Shown: one piece after another, positions 1-13,418 of the stretch
Numbering within the stretch: the stretch's first letter is position 1
How the letters are laid out: every line of letters starts with the position of its first letter
Position numbers and translations under genes: made by a program
Origin: Octopus vulgaris
Taxonomy: Eukaryota
DNA: 64,000 nt
Direction of reading: 5' to 3'
Assembly: GCA_951406725.2 (NCBI GenBank)
Contig: OX597816.1
Coordinates: 141,422,001-141,486,000 of the forward strand
Notes under the pieces: generated by a model
Database searches by the model: none
Seen by the model: only the letters and a program-made list of their open reading frames with translations
Told to the model about the DNA's origin: nothing

Positions 1-2349
1 ATTATAAAACAAATGTTTAATCAAAATGGCTAAGACACATTAGTGAAGAAATGAATAATTTAAAGGAATCAGCAGTTGTAAAATTTACTATTGATTCAGT
101 GAAAACGATTGGTGTTTAATAATTTTAAAATAATTTTGGTTGTTACCATTTAAATTGAGAGTCACATTCAAAAACAATATTACTGATCTATAATGAAAAA
201 TTATTGTAAAATTTTAAATTGATTTCAACAGCAGATTTACTCCATATGAGAGAAGAATGTTAATTGGAAATCTAAAGCTATCTAACACATCCTGTAGTTT
301 GAAGGTTTAGATAATCTGACTGATTGACTAATGATATCCTTGTAGCTTTTAAGACAAAACTATTGATGTTTCAAATAATCCTGAACATAACAAGTCTATG
401 GTGTTTTGATCTTAACACCATATCTTTATCGTTCTCTTTAATCATTTGTTTCACTGAACACAATAAAGTTCACTACAGTAATTAACCTGCAACTGAAACT
501 AATAGATAAAAAGAATAACAGATGTTATGTGAGATACTTTTGATGAAAAGTATGCTATTATTACTTTGTACCAGACCAACATTATGGAACTACCACTGGA
601 GTAATGGATCATTGCCAAATACAAAGTAACAATTTACATGGAGATGATTTGGTTTTTAGACACACTAATACAGTACCTGGTCAGTTATATACCAGAGTGA
701 TATTCTTAATATTCACTTCTTTTGTACCAACAACAAAGGCTTTTTTTCATGTTGCCATCTCTTTGCTAATTTCAGTGATCAAAGTTTTACAATATAAACT
801 TATCATATGTGGTAGCTGAGAATGGGAGTAGATGGAGGAGGGTCAAAGCAGCATAGATTATGACAATAGATTAAAAATTATCATTCATAGAATAATGATA
901 TATATGCTATAATACAGATAAAAAAGATAACCAAGCTGGTTATGATGGAAAATGAAAAAAAAAAAACAAAAAAAAAACAAGATTACACACTCACACAAAT
1001 CTTGGTACATAAACACACACATTTTCACATGCACGCTCTATCTCTATCTCATGCTCTTTCTCTTGCACACACACACACACACACTTTCACACATACATTC
1101 TCTCTCTCACACATATGGTAATATGTTTCTTTTGTTAGTTTACACACTAAAATGAAACACCTAATAATAATAAAGTGAGATAGATAGATAGAGAGAGTGA
1201 GAGTGAGAGAGACAGAGACAGAGAGAGCAGAAGAGACAGTCAAAAAGAGACACATCCAGAATAAGAGAAATAAACGAAATAAGATATGTATCTTCATTGA
1301 TGACAACAAAAAAAAGAAATGCTAGAGGTCAGTAGTAACATTCCAGTATGTCTAATTTTCCTCATTTTCTCTTATAAATTCTCTCTCTCTACGTGCACAT
1401 GCATGCACACAAACACACACACACATACACACACACACACACACACTCTTTGGCCTGATGCAGACAACATTTGCTGTAAAACAGTTGGTGAGCGAAAGAG
1501 CATCCAGTCATAGCAACAAACATTGTTAGTTTTTTTCCCTGTTGTTGTGTATGAGAGATGATAAAAGAGCATGGTAAGTGGCAAGCTACTGTGAGAGTGA
1601 TGATGTTTACAACACAGACACACACATACAATTTATTTGCAGCTGAAAAATAGATAGAACTGGGAATGTAATTAGCAGAGAGTAAAAATGCTTAAATATC
1701 ATAAGTGCTAGTTGATTAATATGGAATAATACAGGAATATTAGCAGTGAAAGGTACACTGATATAGTCATCATTTGAAAATGAGGGGTGGGGCTGTCTAA
1801 CATAGATAAGAATAGTTTATACATGACAATGTATTAGGCATTAGAGCACTGATATATGTTAGCTAGTCAGGTGGCCTTTTCTTTTTAACTTAAGTCATTA
1901 AGAAGAAGTTTATTTTATACTCCAAGTGTAAAATATGAACCACAAATTAGGCATTAGAGCACTGACTGTATATGTTAGCTTGTCAGCTAACCATTGTTTT
2001 TTATTTAAGACATCAAGATGTGTGGGAAGTTGTTTGCATGGTTGATAGTTGATGGTGGATTGAACTCTGCTATAGTAACTATAGACACGAATATATTCCA
2101 CTGAAACAGCTTGATTCATGTCATTATAATGAGTGTAGTGTAATAAAAGTAATCTCAGCTTACATAACCTAATACAAAGTATGATTGCATGACGACAATA
2201 AAAGGCATATTTGACAAGAGAGAATTCCATAACTATCGTCATGTTGCCATTTGCAAAAGCTGAGCAGATACACTGTAAACAAAAAAGCCTGTTAGCTATG
2301 GGTACATTTCATTAACACAGCTTTGCTGGAGCACTCTGAAATTCATATA

Positions 2350-2540
2350 TTCTTTTATTTGTTTCAGTCATTTGACTGCGGCCATGCTGGAGCACTGCCT
2401 TTAGTTGAACAAGTCGACCCCAGGACTTATTCTTTGTAAGGCTATCGATCTCTTTTGCCACTAAGTTACAGGGATGTAAATACACCAACATCAGTTGTCA
2501 AGCAATGGTGTGGGTACAAACCAGACACACAAATACACAC

Positions 2541-2578
<38 letters not shown>

Positions 2579-2735
2579 GATGGGCTTCTTTCAGTTTCTA
2601 TCAAACAAATCCACTCACAAGGTTGGCCTGAGGCTATAGTAGAAGACACTTGCCCAAGATGCCATGCAGTGAAACTGAACCCAGAACCATGTAGTTAGGA
2701 AGTAAGCTTCTTACCACACAGCCACTCCTGCACCT
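2350..2735 (-). mobile_element. tRNA-derived SINE, family A (internal CA/TA microsatellite), near full length
   Basis: Colinear with the 46881-47304 copy; minus-strand head TGGCTGTGTGGTAAG...GGTTCAGT (A/B-box-like) and 3' end CCAGCATGGCCGCAGTCAAATGACTGAAAC. Confidence 0.85.
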
Positions 2736-4079
2736 AGATGTTGAGGGAAGAAAAAAAGCTGTTAACAATATTAACTGTAATAGATTGGTAGTGGTAGTTT
2801 CAAGATGTAACCAGTTGTTAGCATATATATGGTAGTTTAGACATCAGGTTAACTAAACACAGGTTGAAGCCTTTGTTTAATGACAGCTACATAGGAAGGC
2901 ATGAGCTCTTATATCATTACTAACATTCTCCATAGTAACATAGTTAGAATTTAACAAGATATTGAAGCCATACTAATTAAAAGAAGGAAATTTGAAGCAG
3001 GCTCTAGTTGAAAGCAGTAAACGTTGTCCAGGAACATAAACTTGGCTGTTGCAAAACATTGGAGGCTTGAAAGAAAACAAAATTTTAAAATGTTTTAATC
3101 ATTTGCTAATAAAATTTTAAAATTCATTATAAACTGTATTCTATGGATTTTATTAAAGATATTAAAGTATTTTAGAATGTTTTAATGGTAAATAAATGTC
3201 AATATTATATTAGCCTTTATATGTTTTTTAAAACTTATTGCATATAAACTCATTATAAAATGTATTATATTGAATTTATTAAATATATTCATATTTTTTA
3301 ATAAATTCAATATAAGTATATAGTTTCTTTTCATAAGCATATACTTTCTTTCACTCAAATTCTAATGAAACAACTAATGCACTGCATTTAGAAGATTCAG
3401 ATTTATATTGAAGTGGTGTTGTAAATGCTATGAACAGCCATCAGCTAAGTTCAATTCAGTTGTTGGGTAAAGAGTATTACCTTTACAACAAATATTAAAA
3501 AAATTTAATAGGTATATATACTTATGCCTAGGTTTCAAACATATTTAATTTTTATAAATATATAGTAATCTATCAAAAAACAGCACCCATTAACAGGGTA
3601 TTAGAGATTGTAGTAATGAACTTACAATATCCCCCACCATCCTTTTCCAGTGATGCTGAATGAAAAACACAGTTATAAACTTAAAAATGAACATGTTTAT
3701 TTGGTGGGGAGAAAGGCATCTTGTATAATGAGTATTGTCTGAAACATTCTAAGTCAAAATTTGGCAGTTGTCCTATCCTACATGCCCAGTTACCTTATTG
3801 TCGACATACATGGTATGTAAAAAAATTAAAATGTATAATGAAAAATTGATGTACATTGGCATCTGGGCATGAATAAAAATAAGAATATAAAGGAAGTAAC
3901 TTGTAGCAATGAAATGTTTTAAAAATTGGAGATAAAAAAAGATGAAACAAAAACTATGGTCTTGTTCCAGTTTTAGTAGATTTTGCTGTTTCAATTAGTC
4001 ATTCGGATATATGTAATTATAAAGTAAGAACTTCAAACAATGTCTGCACTATATAAGCTCATTTGAGCTACTGCTATCT

Positions 4080-4430
4080 TTCTTTCATCTTTTACTTGTT
4101 TTAATCATGCTGGGGTACCACCTTGAAAGGTTCATTCGAACAAATCAATGACACCAGTACTTATTTTCTTTTAAGCCTGGTACTTATTCTGTCACTCCTT
4201 TACCGAACTGCTAAGTTGCAGGGAAGTAAACACACCAACACTGGTTGTCAAGCAATGGTAAGGGACATACACACACACACACACACACAGAAGACAGGCT
4301 TCTTTCAGTTTTCATTTACCAAATCCACTCACTAGTCTTTGATTGGCTTGCAAAGGTGCTATGCAGTGGGACCGAACTTGGGACCATGTGGTTAGAAAGC
4401 AAACGTCTTACCAGGCAGCCATACCTGTGC
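4080..4430 (-). mobile_element. SINE family A, internally deleted copy
   Basis: Shares the blocks CACACCAACACTGGTTGTCAAGC, CTTTCAGTTT..TACCAAATCCACTCAC and GCAGTGGGAC with other copies. Confidence 0.75.
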
Positions 4431-6456
4431 TTATATTGATAAAAACGAATTTTAAAGCAATTTTAGGGCAGACCAATGTAAGTCTGTGAGGTACTATAAT
4501 TGTTAGGTTTAGCACAATAGATTAGAGCTTTGAATAGACAATTACTGTTAAGGGGGAAATTACTTTGTGGTTACAAATATGGGAAAAAAACTATATTATT
4601 GTTGAAGGATAGGTTTCCAGAATTGAAATGCTTAATGTAAATCACTTATTCTAACTGTAGTTCTGTAAAAAGCTTATAATATATATGATTTGTCAGAAAA
4701 TGAAAGGAAAGAAGTTAAATTTGAGATGCTTCAGACAATGTAAATGTGAAAATTTAGACTATATACTGGATTATATCTTAGAATGCTTTGTTCTTATGCT
4801 TTGAATCATTGGTGTAGGTCATGTATTGCATTTTAGCTGAGTGATTACTATCATGAAGTGCCTTACTATAATAATGAAAAGCACAAATGAATGCAACCTT
4901 ATCTGAAAATAAATAGGATATACTGTATATTAACCAATGTTTAAATTTCTAAGATTAGAAGCAGGCAGTTTGAATCCTTATTTGTATAAAATAGTCTCTC
5001 AGTAAGTTTTTGGTAGGAGGAACATTTATTTATCTCTAAATTTAAAGTAATATAAAAACATATTAACAATGATAAAGCTAATGTCAGCTTTGATTCTTGC
5101 ACTTAAGTAACTCTATAAGATCTTTTCTAAATCTACCAAGCTCAAGAGTGTTCAAGTTATATGTGACTGTAAACCCATTGTTTCTGTGCAAATCTCCTTA
5201 GAAGATATGAAGTTCTTTTTATGAAGAATGTAAATTCCAGCAATTGTACATAATTCAGTTCCATTGTGGATTCTCAAGGAAAAATGGGTTTTCAAAATTT
5301 ATGACACTTAGAGATCACAAAGTTAATTTCTTTAGTAATCCTAAATGCAGGTTAGTCAATCTCACTAAAACTGAGTTAGATGGTTCATGCATTTAGTCTC
5401 AATACAGATGTAGGAACTGTGATAAGGCTGATGGTAATGTTAGACATTGAATTACAACTAGGAAACACTTTATAATTCTATATTACTTATACTTATATAA
5501 ACACTCCACTTTTAAGGAATTGAATTCTTTATTTGGCCTGGGAGTTAGGAGTTATTCTTGTCATTAATAGTAAGCCAATCAGTATATGTGTGTGTTTGTG
5601 TATACACATCTAGATATATATAGATCTAGATATACATACATTTAGATTTTTACACATTTAGATACATAAGCAGTGAATCATTATTGAAAAATACTTTTAA
5701 CAACAACAACAACAACAACAGCAACAACGGTTTTAACTATAAATTGAAAACTGTTTACTTGAATCAGACCTCAACAGAACTTTCAGATTTTATTCTGTCA
5801 TTTTCTCAACTCTGAATGGATTAAAAAAAAACAAAAAAACAAAAAAAAACAACAACAACTCCATTATGAAAATACTAAAGTAAATACACTTTAAAATTTG
5901 TTTAGAATATCTTTAATATGTCTAGAGTACAATTTAAAAAAAATTTCTTTTTCCTCTAAACATTTTCGTATTAATTTTTCCTTAATCTATCATGGTTGGA
6001 TAGTTGTATAAAGATAGATAAAAATGTGATCTTAAGGCAAATGTTTTTATAGTAGGATGTTGCTTCTAATGCATAACTCAAGCACAAAGTAAAGATGTTA
6101 TCTATTTTCAGATTGGTGATTTACACAGGGAAGAAAAATCTAATCTAGTGTATTAACCATTTTATATATTCATTTGGTAGAAATGAAAATGATAAACACA
6201 GTTTAAACCTTAATTCTTGCCACAAGCAAACCTAACGTGTTTTAGTGAAATACCATTTCTGTCAATCTTAGACTGTTTAGCAGTCTAACAGGCAACCAGT
6301 TTACAACAATATTGAGTCTTGCAGAGAAGGGAGTTGCTCAGAGCACAACAATATTTTATTGGCCAAAAAAGACATAACAGTCAAGTTAATGTTATAGCTG
6401 AGCTTGATAAAATAGAGATTAGAGCAAGGTGTGCATAAAAAGAAGGGTATACCATA

Positions 6457-7720
6457 TACCAGGCTGCATTAAAGTTATTTTGGATTTTCACTGACGGGAA
6501 CTTGTATCTCTATGAGAGTAATTTTCTAAATGTATTTCCATGTTATATCATTAATTTGATACAACTTGTTGAATTGTTTCATCCTTATTTTTGTATGTAA
6601 CTTATTGATATAAATTGTTTATTCTTTATTTTACTTTGGTAATGAGAGGTGAAAAATTTCAATTAGGGCTATTTTACACAACCTGTGGAAAAAAGGACTG
6701 AGGGCAAAAGAAATTAATGATGTACAATGCCCAGGATCTGTCAATGAATGTGTGGCACAAAACTGATTCCAGCATTTCAAGGAAGATGACACCAGCCTTG
6801 AAGACAAATCAAAGTCCTGGAGATCTGTTGATGAAGATGAGGCCTTGCTTGAAATAGTTGAACAACAGCCAAGCACTTGTACACTGTCAATAGAACTTGG
6901 TCCTTCACAGAACACCATCAATCAATAGCTTGGCCTTGTGAAGAGATGCTGTCAAGAAGCTCCTCATGAACTAACCAATGACCAGGCCCAATGATGTGAA
7001 CATTTGCAAACAACCACTGTCAAATCCTCAAGATGTCTGTTTTTGGTGTCAAATTGCAACTAGGGATGAAAAATAGATCTATTTTTGTAATGCTAATAAG
7101 ATAAACCAGTGGTTTTGCTCTGGCCAGGTTTCAGAACTTGTCAAACAAGGGCAGTTTGAACAGAAGGTTATGTTGTGTGTTTGGTGGAATTTTGATGGGT
7201 GTTGCACTTTGAGCTTGTCCCAGTTGTTCAAGCTGTGAATGCTAACCTTTATGCTCAACAACTGCAGCAAGTATATGTATGATGCTTTGAAAGCCCACTA
7301 CCCAGCATTGTTCAATTGAAGACATGCATTCCTAAAGTATGACAATGTCCTTTCACACATTGGCAATGTAATCAAGTGCAAACTTGAGGAACTTGAGGGG
7401 CTGGAAGTGTTGCCTCACCTTACCTACAATCCAGATCATGTACCATTAGATTACCACCTTTCCTGAGCCATGGCTTGTTCCTGCATGAATTGAGGTTCAA
7501 CTATATGAGGTTGAAAATGGGTGCAAGGAGATTTTTTTACCTCTAAACCAGCCAAATGGTGTAAGTGTGGAATTGAACTTCTGGCACAATGATGGCAACA
7601 GACAAAAGAATATGAAGGGATATATTCTGATAAATAAATGCCTTTCATAAGTAATTTGTTTGAACTTTTGATTAAAGCTTGAAATACAAAAAAACAAAAA
7701 AATTTTGACTCAACCTGGTA
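6457..7720 (+). mobile_element. Mariner DNA transposon, full length (~1.26 kb), transposase pseudogenised
   Basis: TA-flanked degenerate TIRs (TACCAGGCTGCATTAAA / TTTTGACTCAACCTGGTA). Translated remnants FQHFKEDDTSLEDK, IATRDEK*IYF, DNVLSH and LPHLTYNPDHVPLDYHL match mariner WF..FK.GD.SLED, TGDEKW, HDNARPH and HPPYSPDLAPSDY motifs, with stops and frameshifts. Confidence 0.9.
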
Positions 7721-8563
7721 GTATTCTATGAGAAGTAGTATTTGACATGAAAAGGCCAAGTGGGAGTTGAAATTGAATATAAGGAGAATAACATAGATGG
7801 GTCATAAGAAAGGAAAAGTCAGTACATTCAAGAAGAGCTGGAGGGAAGACAGTGAGAGAAGAGAAGAGTTCATTATAGTTACAGTAGAAGAGGCATATGG
7901 AGAACACAGCATGATGATAAGCCAGGGATGAAATAAGTTTGGCTTACTGATCAAGTGATGTAGTTACCAAGAATCCCTCCCAGCAGTTACAAGAATTTAA
8001 ACTTATGTTCATATTAGAATTGAAGGAAACTATATAATTAAAAAGGAAATTATATGATTGAAAATTGTTGTTCATTTCAGGAAGTGTTATGATTAAAATA
8101 TTTTAAATGGAAAGTGTACCATTCATTTTCAATTTAAATATATTCTCAAGTGAAATCATATGCTATTCTCAATGGATAGCACAGCAAAGGCCTCTTAATA
8201 ATCTGTGGTTGTTTTAGTTTAGTAATTATCCTTAAACAATGAGTAAAAACAGAATTTTAGTAAAATATAAAGTCAAACTCTCACACTGACTGTACTACAT
8301 ATTTTTTAATTAGATCTTTTCAATAAGCTAATCCACTGAATCACAATTATCATAAAAAGTTTGCAATTTTACCTGGAAAAGCGTATCAAAATCTTTTCTA
8401 TTTGCAAACTTGCATATCAAAATCTTTCTGCTTCTTAACTGTTATTGAAAAAAAAAATGTTACTGAAAATTGCACAGACAAAATTTAATCTCTTGCTAAT
8501 TCATCAGCAAAAACACAAAGGCATTCTCTCTCTCTCACACACACACACACTTATGTATGTATT

Positions 8564-8777
8564 CTTTTCTACTCTAGGTACAAGGCCCGAAATTTTGGGG
8601 AAGGGTGCCAGTTGATTAGATCGACCCCAGTACGCAACTGGTACTTAATTTATCAACCCTGAAAAGATGAAAGGCAAAGTCGACCTCGGCGGAATTTGAA
8701 CTCAGAACATAAAGGCAGATGAAATACCGCTAAGCATTTTGCCCGGCATGCTAACATGTCTGCCAGCTCGCCGCCTT
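8564..8777 (-). mobile_element. tRNA-derived SINE, family B (Deu/Nin-like central domain)
   Basis: Minus head GGCGGCGAGCTGGCAGA...GAGTTCAAATTCC and core GCCTTTCATC.TTTC.GGG.TGATAAATTAAGTACC; flanked by direct repeat CACTTATGTATGTATT (8548-8563 / 8778-8793), read as the TSD. Confidence 0.9.
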
Positions 8778-9247
8778 CACTTATGTATGTATTGGCCTAC
8801 AAAATGTTTTTAGCTACCTGTTGAATTTTATTTTATTTTATTTTTATTATTAAGTATGTTTTCTCTTCTTTGCAAGTACATATATGAACTTGATTGTGTT
8901 TGGGTTAATTGTAATTTTAATTCAGTAAAACATAATGAAAACTGTTGGGAAAAAATATATAAATGAATTCACATCTAAGCAAGTCATTGGCTGATATCAA
9001 TGTGGAAGTTCAATAGAGAAATAATTACTTGATTTTTTTTTTTTGTAAAGATCATCAAACAATGAATAATATAGTGAAGTGCTGGGTTGAATAAAAGATA
9101 TTATCAATTAAAAAAAAAAGTCTGGGAATATTAAGAGAGTTTCTGAGAGGGTAACGGCAGTTAAGAGGGAAGTTATTAAACAATGACTTGCAACTGATAG
9201 AGAGGTCGTAAATTCCAGGGATATATTACCATATTTTTTTGCTTTCT

Positions 9248-9579
9248 ATGGTTCAGTGGTTAGAGTGTTGGGCTCACAATCATGAGGTAGTAATTTCGAT
9301 TCCCAGACCAAGCTGTGTGTTGAGTTGTTGAACAAGACACTTTATTTCATGTTGCTCCAGTTCACTGAGCTGTAGAAATAAGTTGTGCTGTCACCAGTGC
9401 CAAGCTGTATCGGCTTTTGCCTTTCCCTTGGATAACATCGCTGACATGGAGAGGGGACACTGGTATGCATGGGCACTGCTGGGCTTGCATAAATAATCTT
9501 GCCCAAACTGGCACCTCAGAGAGGTAAATATCAAGGTGCAATCCCATGGTCATTCATGACCAAAAGGGGTCTTTACCCT
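9248..9579 (+). mobile_element. tRNA-derived SINE, family C
   Basis: tRNA-like head TGGTTCAGTGGTTAGAGTG...TTCGATTCCC and 3' end CCCATGGTCATTCATGACC...CTTTACCCT; reverse-complement copy at 39227-39570. Confidence 0.8.
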
Positions 9580-10449
9580 TATCCTTTTATATTGACATAA
9601 GTCTCAAGACTTTGGTTAGCCTTGTAGAGGAGACATGCCTCAGGTGCCATGCTGTGGGGCTGAACTCAAAACCATGTGATTGGGAAGCAAACTTCTTAAA
9701 CACACAGCCACACCTGTATCTATTACTAACAAACAAATACACATTAAACTACACAGGACTCATATACAAATATATGCATTTGTACATGCACACATTAGCA
9801 AATGCAGCAAGGGTAAGCTAGCTAATACACATTTACACACACACACACATGCATGCATACACTCACACTTAAAAACACACATATACATACATGGTAGTGT
9901 GTCTCACATATAAAACAGTGAATTGTAAAACTTCAGTCAACTGAGACAATCCTTTCAATGAAAAGGCAACAACTCTCTCTAAGGGAGTTTAAAATCTAAA
10001 AACAATGAGCAAGAGAGTTAAATCCAATAATATCAGTTAAACCAAATTTTTGTGAAATATAGACAACGCAGTTAGAAGTGAGACTTGTCTTGAAAGCCAG
10101 CAAATGAAACTACAGACATGTTTCTATCTTGTTAAATTTCATCAGCAAAATATATTCATCTCCTTTGGGTAGGCTTGGAGATGATAAATAGATATGAAAT
10201 ATATATATAAAATTTTATTTTATATATGAAGATAAAATTATGAAAAATATTTAAATAAAAATATATATAAAAACAGGATATCAACCATATTGTTGATATT
10301 TGTGTTCAACATCGTTACTCTCTCTCACGTTCTCTCTCTCTACCTCTTTGTATATACACACACACACACATACACAGACACACACAGACACACATATACA
10401 TTAAGAGAATGAAGGATAGGAAAATATATGTACTGGTAAAAAGATTCCC

Positions 10450-10470
10450 CAGAGAGAGGGAGAGCGAGAG

Positions 10471-10545
<75 letters not shown>
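10450..10545. repeat. (GA)n microsatellite
   Basis: Direct observation. Confidence 0.95.
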
Positions 10546-10549
<4 letters not shown>

Positions 10550-11246
10550 TGCTGTTTCCAATTTTAATTTCACAGGAAATTAACTGAACAATATTTATTG
10601 TAAATAAATTTACTCAAAATAAATTTATGGAGAAGGAATCTAAAATGAAAGAAAGCAAATGCCCCAAGAGTAAGCTCTTAAAAGCAGGGCAACTAGTCTA
10701 GTCTGTTGCTCTTCAGTGACTGCAACATTTTAATGATGCAAAAGGCTATTAAATTAGCAACTCTAATTGGATAACAACAAAATACAGCAAGCAAAACAAC
10801 TCACTATCAAGTTGCTTCCTGTCTTAAATCAATGAAATAGCTTAAAGTTAGTCAACTAAAACACTGATTTTACTGACATTAGACATTTTCTGCTATAGTG
10901 GTTCAAAGAAAACTGCATCAATCTACCACTATCACCACTACCACAACCACCACCTCCACCAAAACCGCCACCACTGCCAAAACAACACCACCACCACCCT
11001 CGTTTATACATTTGCTTTTGCATATCTGCATGGGCTGGGGAGGGGGGGGTCTTCTCTAACTCAATATCTCTCTGTTGCAGTATTTTGTCAGCTTCATAAA
11101 TTTCAAGCTCTTCACATCAGCTTTCATAACTTCTTTGCATGTCTTCTTCTTTCTTCTTCCTCTGCATGATCCTTCCAGTTGCATTACTTGGCACCTCTTT
11201 ACCCAACTGTCTATCTTGTCCATCCTTGTCTAGTTTTCTATCAAGC

Positions 11247-11475
11247 ACCTGAGCTGGCAGAAACGTTAGCACGCCGGGCGAAATGCGTAGCCGTATTTCG
11301 TCTGCCGTTACGTTCTGGGTTCAAATTCCGCCGTGGTCGACTTTGCCTTTCATCCTTTCGGGGTTGATAAATTAAGTACCAGTTACACACTGGGGTCGAT
11401 GTAATCGACTTAATCCGTTTGTCTGTCCTCGTTTGTCCTCTCTGCGTTTAGCCCCTTGTGGGTAGTAAAGAAATA
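11247..11475 (+). mobile_element. SINE family B, alternative 3' tail, young CpG-rich copy
   Basis: GAGCTGGCAGAAACGTTAGCACGCCGGG...GGTTCAAATTCCGCC...GCCTTTCATCCTTTCGGGGTTGATAAATTAAGTACC; TATCAAGC on both sides (probable TSD). Confidence 0.9.
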
Positions 11476-11896
11476 TATCAAGCTCCTATATGCAATTCCT
11501 TTTGTATCTAGTTCGCTGCTGCCACTGCTACCACCACCACTCAGGCTCATTTGTGCTCTGCCTTCAATGCACACTAAACATTACACTTTCAGTAGAGAAC
11601 GCATGCTTCATATCTTTCCAGCCTTCGCAAATCCTCCAATTAATTTTTTTGTCTATGTTTCAATACCTCACAAAAGCATTCATACTCTCTTACCTTTGTA
11701 TGGACAGAAAACTTTCATTTCCAGCTGAAGAAATAGCTTCTTGAAATGTTTCTGTCCTGTTTATACTCTGGTTGCAAGACTTTCAGAAAACTTGCTTCTC
11801 CTGCTAATTAGATCAATGAGGTAAGGTCAGTTATCAACTATTTCCAGAGAGCCTTCAAATATTTGCAAGAGTATACTCTCATTACTAACTACTTAT

Positions 11897-12019
11897 AGGC
11901 ACATGGCTCTGGGTTCAGTCCCATTGTATGGTACCTTAGGCAAGTGTCTCCTACTATAGCCTTGGGCTGACCAAAGCCTTGTGAGTGGATTTGGTAGATG
12001 GAAACTGAAAGAAGTTCAT

Positions 12020-12064
<45 letters not shown>

Positions 12065-12272
12065 GTGTGTCTTTGTTTGTCCCATCACCAGCACTTGACA
12101 ACTGATGTTGGTTTGTTTATGTCCCAGTAATTTAGCAGTTTGGCAAAAGAGACCAATAAGTACTAGGCTTCATAAAAAGAAAATCCTCAAGTTGATTTGT
12201 TCAACTAAAACCCTTCAAGGTGGTGCCCCAGCATGACCACAGTCAAATGAGTGAAATAAGTAAGTGATAAAA
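11897..12272 (+). mobile_element. SINE family A
   Basis: GGGTTCAGTCCCA...GGCAAGTGTCT...GGATTTGGTAGATGGAAACTGAAAGAAG-(TA)n-...CCAGCATGACCACAGTCAAATG. Confidence 0.85.
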
Positions 12273-12942
12273 GATACTGTGCATCTGTTACATATGAAAT
12301 CTTTCTTCTCAGTCAATCAACCTTCAATCAGGCTACACCTCTTGCACACCCAATGTCTGTCGTTCATACCTACTCCTTTTCTGCATACTGAGCAAAGTCA
12401 TCTCCCTGAGAGTCACACTTTCATTTTTTCAAACAGTAAACTCTTTGTTGAGTTTATTCAAGGTCTTTTAATTCCAGGCTTTGTTTCTATGTTTGATATT
12501 TATTCTTTATTTGACAGACATGCTTATGAAAACTAAGTTATTGGCATACATAAGCTTCCATGGACAGGAGGTTTTAAACATCTCTGCCATCATGTGAAAA
12601 ATAAGCAAGTTGGGGCTGAGAACTGAGCTTTAAGGGAAGCCTATAAGCTTACTGAATTCTGTGTTGAAATCATGACTAACCCTCACCTTAGGCATGGCTG
12701 TGTAATAAGAAGCTTGCTTCCCAACCACATGGTTCCAGGATCAGTCCCACTGCATGGTACCATGGGCAAGTGTCTTTACCATAGCCTTGGGCTGACCAAA
12801 GCAATGTGAGTGGGTTTATATATATATATATATATAAATACAATAAAAGGCTTCCAAATAAAGAAGCGCTGTGCTAGACACACAAAAAGGGATAAATTCA
12901 TGAAAGGAATGAAAATTAAAAACCTTTACCATTTCAGCTAAT

Positions 12943-13015
12943 CCTAGACCGACGGTTTCATCTATTTTTAGCAAATAAACAGAATTTATCTGCCAATGCA
13001 AGAATCATCAGTAGG
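12943..13015 (-). ncRNA. Type I hammerhead ribozyme motif (left arm)
   Basis: Minus strand reads CCTA-CTGATGA-[stem II insert]-GAAAC CGTCG GTC-TAGG. Confidence 0.75.
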
Positions 13016-13093
13016 GAGCCTTCGTAATCCTAGATGTACAGACCATTAGAAGCACGTGCAAATCTAACAATTTGTATACCCTAACGAAGGCTC

Positions 13094-13166
13094 CCTACTG
13101 ATGATTCTTGCCTTGGCAAATAAATTCTGTTTATTTGCTAAAAATAGATGAAACCGTCGGTCTAGG
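13094..13166 (+). ncRNA. Type I hammerhead ribozyme motif (right arm)
   Basis: Stem I CCTA/TAGG; core CTGATGA (13098-13104); GAAA at 13150; stem III ACCG-T-CGGT; GUC cleavage triplet (13160-13162); stem II region contains hairpin TTGGCAAATAAA/TTTATTTGCTAA. Confidence 0.78.
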
Positions 13167-13363
13167 ATTAGCTGAGATGGTAAAGGTTTTTAATTTTCAT
13201 TCCTTTCATGAATTTATCCCTTTTTGTGTGTCTAGCACAGCACTTCTTTATTTGGAAGCCTTTTATTGTATTTCTATATGAATAATATATAGTCTAATGA
13301 CTAATTCGTCTTTTGTGCTGGCTCACTGGTAATAATAATTTATTTTTTATTACCCTATTTACT

Positions 13364-13418
<55 letters not shown>

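Larger units (their letters stand above)
12836..13370. mobile_element. Fold-back element (190-bp inverted arms), probable inverted Penelope-type pseudo-LTR, inserted in (TA)n
   Basis: Arms 12836-13025 and 13084-13273 are near-perfect reverse complements with a 58-bp spacer; each arm holds a hammerhead motif; (TA)n on both flanks. Confidence 0.8.

Noticed and set aside
4867-4902. Minus-strand AG...GTAAG micro-exon candidate
   Set aside because: AT-rich, and it has an immediate stop in the phase needed to follow the 32.5-kb exon.
10115-10145. Minus-strand CTGATGA...GAAACATGTC (related remnant at ~8475-8510)
   Set aside because: Core words are present but stems I and II do not pair; kept only as a degenerate mention, not as a feature.
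10685-10725. Minus-strand CTGAAGA followed by a GCAAC/GTTGC stem
   Set aside because: No GAAA after the stem, so it is not a hammerhead.
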